From: Eledone cirrhosa
Lineage: Eukaryota
Assembly (NCBI GenBank): GCA_964016885.1
Contig: OZ024740.1
Coordinates: 64,914,001 to 64,978,000 of the forward strand
Length of the DNA stretch: 64,000 nt
Direction: 5' to 3'
Made by a program: the position numbers and the translations under genes. Below the pieces are notes generated by a model that did not search any database, was not told the origin of the DNA, and saw nothing but the letters and a program-made list of their open reading frames with translations. Below are positions 54,891 to 64,000 of this stretch, in pieces; the stretch's first letter is position 1, and every line of letters starts with the position of its first letter.

Positions 54891-57566
54891 ACATACATAC
54901 ATACATACATACATACATTCATATATTTTCCTCCCTTCTACATGAGTTTCTCCACAAATCACGACGGCCATACAGAAATACGCTTATCGGTGTAAGGATG
55001 AGTATATGTAGGTATGAGTGTATGTATGCGCCTGTGCTTGCGTGTGCTTTGTGGGATATTGATTGAATATTTGAAAGCGTGCTGCTATATTCGCTGGTTT
55101 ATGTTTGTGCCTGTATTACTGAGACTCAATTCTAGATCAAACGTGTCGAAGAACTGTAATGTTTTCCTCTTCAATGGAATCGACAGAGCATTAATTATTA
55201 TGATGGAATTAAGCTTATTAAGTCTTATTACCTTTGATACTGAAATGAGCACGCTCACGACTGCATAATAAATATTGTAATAAATATGAATAGTTAAACG
55301 GAAGATATTTTATATTCAATAATACTCAACGAAAATAGTATTCACCTGTTATTATCAAGTCAAATATATCTCCCATTAAGAAAGATACTTTTTATGCTTT
55401 TCGGTGTTATTGATTGCTGCCTGGGCTTAGAAGTATTGTTATATTAAATATGTTAGTTGTGATTTCTCTTTGCAAATTGTTTATTAGATGTATTCTTCAT
55501 TGTTTGAAGTGGGGGTTGTTTCATATTCCAGCAATGTTTTTGTATGCTTGATTTCTTGTAATGCTTTTTATTTACTGTATTATCAACGATATCCAGAAGA
55601 TTTCATAGGATTACAATTTAAATCTTGAACTTTCAGATTTAAGCCAGCACGAGAGAATTGATTTAAGAGGAAAATAACGAAAAAAAAACAAAAAAAAAAA
55701 AAACAATCTGAATCGCCGGTAAATTTTGTATTTTCCATTTTATAAACAATATGAAATGTTGTTCTCATGTAAATTTAGCAAATTAAGTGAATTTAATTAT
55801 CTTTTGTACGGAAGCAATTAAATGCTTAAAGATGCTATTTGTCTGTTGTTTTAACAACTTTTAAATAATCAAATATAAAATATGAATAAAATTTAAGTTT
55901 ATAATGGAGAGCCGATTGGTGTTAATCAGAATACAAAACCTGCATTCGATATGCAATAAATAAAACTTCCCCATAGTTTCTACATTGTTGTACGTGAGAA
56001 AATTTTGAGCATCACATACACCTCCACAAATATTCAACAGAATATATCGGATTAATAATTGTTATATATAAGCATAAACAAAGTAATTTTCACTTATGTT
56101 TGAACAGAAGTATTTGTAAGGAGTAAATAAATGTATATTTAAGTCCATACCATATTTTGCCTACTAAATATAGTTCTTACCTTATGGCTTAATAGACTAG
56201 CATTGAAGAATTTAATGTCATATCATTGGTGTGTAACTATGCATTTATATGCTTTCACAATCCATAAGTAAATAATAGATTGGCGAAAATATATAGTTTA
56301 TAGTTTGTGACACGGATGTCACAGAAACTTAATTATTATGAAAATATTTCCAGAAAATTTGTATTGTTGAAGTTGTTTTGTGAAAATTGTTATGAGCAAT
56401 ACGGAACTAATACAATGCGGCTAGAGATAAGTAATATAAGAATACATTAATGTGTTTGCATTAGACTTGTGGATATATTGTTTACTTTCATATATACACA
56501 TGTGTATGTGTATGTGTTGATATAAATATATAGATATATATTTCTATGATTTTCTACTAATAATGTTTCTGATCATTAGCGAGTGTTTACTTTGATACAT
56601 ACACTCACAAGCACACAGACGCGCACACACACAACACACTCACAAGCACACAGACGCACACACACACACACAAACACACATTCACACAAACACATATATA
56701 CACAGGCACACACAGAAATGTATGTGTGTGATATTGGTGATATTAATATTGATAAAATAAGGCGAACTATGACTTTGATAGGTGCCAATGTGGCGAATAG
56801 AACGTATTGTATTGTAAGGGAATCTTAATATGTGCGAAACCTGTATTTTTAAGAATGCAGTGTGGTCTATAAACATAATACAAATTTAATACTGAGTTTG
56901 TGAACCACAACAAACCGTTCAACAAATCAACTGTGTAATTTGTCTAGTCAATATTGACGTTTGTTAACATAAAAAAAAAACATTAACGACGTCAACTAAA
57001 ACAATGAGAGCTACAAAAACAATAGGTATGAATTGAGTTTGCAGACAAATATAATTTCATAAAAGACAAAAATATTTCCTTTAGATGGGTGTGTTGTGAG
57101 GAGTCGATACAATTGTATAAATAATAAAAGTTATCCTGTACCAAATAGGAATAGATTTACTCTCATTTCGATTAGATTCGGCAAATCGACCTGTGCTAAG
57201 ATAGAAAATTGAATCGTGAGAACCTGAACTGAATACATTAAATATTCTAACCTGTCTAACTAATTAGATTTTGCAAGTCTCTTGCACTGTTTAAGGCAGT
57301 GTTTAAATGCGTATAGAATTTTATGATAAACACTTGAGTTTCTGTCATCTGTTTATTGTGTTGGTAATGTAATTTATTTCCGTGAAGAAACATTCTAGCA
57401 GTAGATGTGTATCACAAGTAGGAGATTGCAAACACAAAATATCTATAGTGATATTGGTGCATTTCCCTGTCTAGAAATCATGTGAAAACATATTTATGCT
57501 TATGATCTTACGTCTACATGCCATCATATAAATAACAACTTGTATTGTGAGGTAAAAGTTTGTATA

Positions 57567-57689
<123 letters not shown>

Positions 57690-58453
57690 GTGTGTGTGTC
57701 TCTGTGTGTGTGTGTGTCTGTGTGTCTGTGTGTTTGTGTGCGGGATGTGTATAGATGTGTATCAGTTTGTATACATATATATGGATTGATCATGGAGTTC
57801 AACATACCCACTGCCTGCTAATCGATATATCGATCTACCTCGATCAATCACCCCTCTAAAACGATCGTAAATACGTATCTCTGATATATATACATATACT
57901 TTCGGTAAATATTGATGCAATTCAATTGAAGTACTCAAAGTCATGTTACTTCTTCACAATAAGAATGGCGGAGTATATTTAAAAAAAGGAAACTGCGAAG
58001 TTATTGTAGAAGTTAAAGAGCCCTTTATTGTTAAGGCTATGATACGTCTTTCTGTGACGACAGTAGCCACGTGATTTCATGTAACCGGTGTCACGATCTC
58101 ATCAGGCAGCATCATTATATAATACGTTCTCGAGGCAATACAAACTAAAATGGCAATGGAAGCTTCATCTGTTACCTTGTAAACACTGTTACAAAATACA
58201 AGATCTCCGTTGTTATTGCCTTTCGAATTGGGCGTATATAGTTTTATCTTTTACCAAAATAATTAATGGTCCATTCTGACTCTCAGTGTCTCTCAACATT
58301 TCTTATTTTCCGTTCTTCATAACAACATGACAAGCCTATGCACTCATAACACTCCAACAGACATTCTAATCAACAGCTATATCTCCTTCCCATACTACGC
58401 AGGGCAAACAACAACCTTAGTTATAATTTGTATAGCGCTTGTTACGTATTTAA

Positions 58454-58488
<35 letters not shown>

Positions 58489-58713
58489 TATATTAATATA
58501 TATATATGTATATATATCTAATATATATATAAAATATATATATATATACATAAAATATTTATAAATATAATTATGTAATAAACAACACAATATAATTATT
58601 CCATTACCCAAGGTTTCATGAAGTCAGGCGACCCGAACAGAGGCGCCCGAAAGAAATCTTTAATATGGATGTAAGATATTAAATTAAAACAAACACATAC
58701 ATATATATATATA

Positions 58714-59683
<970 letters not shown>

Positions 59684-59748
59684 TTAAATCCTAAAAGGGC
59701 CATTTATCTATGTGGAAATATGTGGTATGCTATACACTGACACACCTC

Positions 59749-59800
<52 letters not shown>

Positions 59801-59802
<2 letters not shown>

Positions 59803-60018
59803 AATTAGTATATCTACTAACATATATATACAGATGCATACCTATGCCAGCAAATATATAGGTTTTGTCTTAGTAACTTCGTGGTTCAATGCATGGGGAT
59901 GCAGAACAATAATATGAAAGACGTAAAATAAGAAAATTATAAAAATTAACTTACTTACTAAAATTGGAGTGAAATTTTAGTAAGTAAGTTAATTTTTATA
60001 ATTTTCTTATTTTACGTC

Positions 60019-60023
<5 letters not shown>
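59801..60023. mobile_element. Diverged family D fold-back fragment in (TA)n
   Basis: Matches 13488-13660 (inverted arm) and 14317-14382 (direct arm starting ggagtgaaa). Confidence 0.85.
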
Positions 60024-60054
<31 letters not shown>

Positions 60055-60168
60055 GGACAACTACATACATATATACACACATATATACATACACATATAT
60101 ACATCCACATAAATATATTTATAAATATATATTTTAAAAAATGGAGGTGTGACACAAGAGTTGTGATA

Positions 60169-60359
60169 TATTAGTAGAAAGGAAAAGAAAATGGTGTCAA
60201 ATTTTTCCCAGTGAAAAATAGTTTAATTAGGAATAAGAATAAATTAGTAATAAGTATTAGTTAGGATTCAGTTTTAGTTTTAAGTTTTTACAGGTAAAAA
60301 CTAATTAAACTAATTTTCACTGGGAAAAATTTGTCAGCATTTTCTTTTCCTTTTTAGTA

Positions 60360-60362
<3 letters not shown>
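60169..60362. repeat. ~60-bp imperfect inverted repeat ending in (TA)n (probable further fold-back fragment)
   Basis: aaaggaaaagaaaatg...caaatttttcccagtgaaaa...agtttaattag and its reverse complement at 60301-60362. Confidence 0.7.
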
Positions 60363-60401
<39 letters not shown>

Positions 60402-60899
60402 ACACATACGGACACTCGCATACACAAATACATACATATACATAAAAAAAACATGTATTCAGACATATTCACATATACATAGAAGTATAGGGACAGTATA
60501 TACGTATATAAACATATATGGAAATATATAAACATACACATATACATATATACATACATATAAACACACATACCAAAATATACACGCACACATGCACACG
60601 CACAAATAAATACATACACATATGCGAACGCATAGACATGCATACGCACATACAAAAACACAAGAAGAAAATACATGCATATGCATACATACATGCAAGC
60701 TTACATACATACACACACACACATATATATAGGGGTATGACATTAAACTACATCTAGTGGCAAGGCTCCAGTTCGGGAGTTCAGGAGTTGTGGGGAATGT
60801 GGAGTTACTCCTTAGTTGTAATCACTGTCAGCTCTGCTCTGACCCGGTGTAGTTTTAACTGTTAGGGCCCCATTTATGGGTTAAATAATTACCTTATTC

Positions 60900-63800
60900 G
60901 AGTGGTGCCGGTACGATATTATCAGCCACTGAAAAGAGCCATGGAGAGTTGATTTAACAACATTAGAGTCCATAACTACACTGTCAAGGAGTACTCTGGT
61001 CGTTATGACTCTGTGGTTTAGAGCCACAGGGAGGGCCAGTGGATGTTGGATCAGCTGTCTCTAAGACAAATATAAAGGAGACAGTTTTGTCCTGCAGAAG
61101 TGTCATTAAAAAGGGCACTCTGAATGTCATGACTGTTTGGACGCTGGAGAAGAGAGAGGAGTTGGGTCATCTGTTCGAGGAGAGTGGTATGCAGATACTT
61201 GCCACCAAAGAATAGAGGATCCTACATGATGAGCCCATGAAACGAGTGAGGATTGGAAAGAAGAGACAGGTCATCACCACATTAGCAGTGAAGAACACAA
61301 CGAATGCTGCTGTAGGAGGAGTGGGTTTTGTGTTCAGTGCAAAAACCAATGTATTGGTGTGGGAAATCATACGTGTCTCCCCGTGAGTGTTGAGGGTGAC
61401 ATTTAATGGAAACCCAAGATTGACAGTCAACTCAGCCTATAGTCCAACCGAGGGACACAGTGAGGTGAGTGCGGAGGAGTTCCATGAGGAGGTGTGTAGA
61501 GCTGTCAACACCACACCAGCTCATAACATCCTGCTTGTTCTGGGTGAATTCAATGCATATCTGAGTAAGGAGAACAGTGAAGATCCTTGCTGGTAATTCC
61601 TTTAACAACACCAACCGAAATAGAAGACTACTGAGAGACACCCTGCTTGAGGCCAACATGATGGCAACCAACCTAAGGTTTAGAAAGAATCCGTGGAAGA
61701 TGTGGACCTATATCTGAGATATGCACCAGTCCAAGTCCCCGATTGATTTCATTTTGGTGAGGAAACAGTGGCGGAATAGTGTGCTGAACACAGAACCATA
61801 CAACTATTTCAGTACACTGGACAGTGACCAGCGTCTTGATATGAGTGAGGTCTGAGTGAGCTTAACAAAGAGTATGGCTCAGCCCTGGGGAGCAATCTAT
61901 GACTGGGGAGCTTTCAAGGAAGATGATAAGCTACAGGAGAGGTTCACACTAGAAGTGAGGAACAGGCTAAGTTCTCTGTGTGGAGAGACAGAGGAGAGAC
62001 ATTGAAGGAACTGAGGAGAGTGTGACGAGGAGGTACGGGTACTTCACCAATGCAGTGGCGGAAGCAAGTGAGACCCTGGTGCCGAGGAGAGGGAAGAAGA
62101 GGAAGCACGTCAGCTCTGTAGACCCAAAAGTGTGCGCAGCCAGAAAACAGCTGAAAGCTGCCAAGGATCAATTCAATGCTGATCCTACGGAGGAGAGGAA
62201 GAAGAATATGGAGGTGATGAGGGAAGAACTCTGTACCGCTTACACTGAGGCCAGAGATAAAGCGCTGATAGAGAAGATCAGAAGTTTGGAGAGAGCGGTT
62301 GACAGGTCTGGGTGTGAGGAGAGCTGGATGATCATCAATGAAATCACAGGGAGGAAGAGAAATGGTTTGATTCAGATCCAGGGAACATGCCCCGAGGATA
62401 GGAAGAGGAAATGGCTGGACCATTTTAGGACCCTACTAGAAGAGCCGCCCTCCACAGCCCAGAACACTGGGGAGATTGGGCGGGTGTTTGAGGAACTGAA
62501 TATTGAGACAGGACCCTTCACCAGAGAGGAGCTTCAGAGAGCCAAGAAAAAGATTAAGGAGGGCAAGGCTCATGGAGAAGACGGAGTGGCATCAGAGGTG
62601 ATGAAGAGGTGTGATTTTGATGATATCATCCTGGGGTTCTGTAACCAGTCACCGAAGAAAGGAGTTGCCCCGAATCAGTGGAGGATCTGTAACATCGTCC
62701 TAGTGCCAAACAAGGGGAGATTTCTCTAACAGCAGCAACTACAGATGATCTGTCTAACCTCACTTGTGGAAAAGAACCCCAACAGGATGATTCTTAACAA
62801 GATCCAGCCCAAGATGGAGAAGAAGCTCCGCGACAACCAGAATGGCTTCAGAGAGGGAAGATCAACCACCAGTCACATCCTGATGCTGAGGAGAATATTA
62901 GAGGGAGCTAGAGCAAAGAGCCTTCCTGCTTTCATGGTTTTCATTGACTTTAGGAAGGCCTTTGATTCTGTGGACCGTCACTGCCTGATAAGACCTGACA
63001 GGCTTATGGAATCTCCAGGAAGATAGTGGACCTGATATCACTGCTCTACACCAACACCAAAGCCCAAGTTATTATACCTGATGGGATGACCGAGTTCTTT
63101 GAGATACTGGCTGGAGTGTTGCAGGGAGATACATTGGCTCCCTACCTTTTTATCATTGCAGTGGACTATTCTATGCGCGTTGCACTGGAGGAACACCAGG
63201 AATCAGGCTTTGCTGTAACATTAGCTCAGATCAGGAGAGTTAAGGCTAAAAATGTATCAGATGCTGAATTTGCCGACGACATAGTTCTGGTGACAAACAC
63301 AGTGATGAGGTAGAGGAGTTGACGCAGAGAATATTAAGAAGCCAGAAAAGATTATGAATGTAGGCAGGAAGCCGATAGAATTGGTTGAGGACTTCCTCTA
63401 TCTGGGAGCAAATATTGGAAACAAAGAGGATGATGTGTTTGAGAGGAAGAGCAGAGCCTAGGCGGCATGCCACAATTTGAGATCGGTGTGGCAGTCGGAC
63501 CTTCGTAAAGACCTGAAGATCCGTCTCTTCGATGCTACAGTGGAGTCTATGCTGCTGTACGGGCCTGAGACTTGGACACTGACCAAGAAACTCACTCCGA
63601 TGTTGGATGGGTGCTATACGAGAATGGTGAGGATGGCTCTGAAATTTAATCAGTATACACTGAGGATGAAGAACTCAGAGCTGTACGGGAGCCTCCCAAA
63701 TGTCAGCTCGAAAGTATCACATAGGAAACTGAGGTTAGTTGGACATGCACACGGACATCCAGGGTTGATATTACGCTCAGTGCTCCTATGGGAGCCCCTT

Positions 63801-63905
63801 CACGGACACACTAGAAGAGGGAGACGCAGGACATGGCAGCGAGGATGACGGACATATACCGCTGGAGAGAACTCGTCCATGGATCTCGGGAATTTTACCC
63901 GTCTT
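60900..63905 (+). mobile_element. Degenerate RTE/RTE-X-like LINE (APE + RT)
   Basis: SAYSPT, LGEFNA, QNGFREGRST, FIDFRKAFDSV, GVLQGDTLAPYLF, EFADD, LLYGPETWTL; many stops and frameshifts. Confidence 0.88.
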
Positions 63906-64000
63906 AGATATATGTATATATATATATACACACACATACATGCGCAAAAAAAATATATATAATAAACTGATATATAAATCGATAAATAAATACGTAAATA

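Noticed and set aside
58055-58115. Minus-strand CTGATGA-gtgac/gttac stem-GAAA-tcacgtgg
   Set aside because: No valid UH site or stem I; at best a decayed HHR
58598-58670. ggcg...cgcc-GAAA-gaaatc-TT hammerhead-like 3' half
   Set aside because: CUGANGA core absent and no second copy to support it

Overview
Eukaryotic, AT-rich, repeat-saturated intronic or intergenic DNA. The microsatellite, SINE and LINE make-up suggests an invertebrate such as an octopod cephalopod (inference only). No host protein-coding gene can be supported, and most ORF-track entries are translations of microsatellites or antisense shadows. Recognisable transposons: three Penelope-like elements (PLEs; two Naiad-type fragments and one young Neptune-type copy with an open RT+GIY-YIG frame, two of the three flanked by 1.3-1.8 kb inverted copies of their own 3' ends), two Tx1/L1-like LINEs, two RTE-type LINEs plus RTE-derived SINEs, two R4/Dong-like RLE 3' ends in (CATA)n, a Helitron remnant, an internally deleted mariner and several tRNA-type SINEs. 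The most striking signal is non-coding. Seven sequence-distinct repeat families carry complete type-I hammerhead ribozyme (HHR) cores, and three more carry 3' halves. They occur as 0.44-1.9 kb monomers or tandem arrays, mostly embedded in (TA)n, with fold-back 5' junctions that cluster at or inside the ribozyme, and several share a downstream ACTC...GAG(T/C)AC hairpin. Both Naiad PLEs are inserted into such HHR elements. This looks like a PLE-mobilised, retrozyme-like RNA ecosystem. All coordinates were read by eye and may be off by a few bases.
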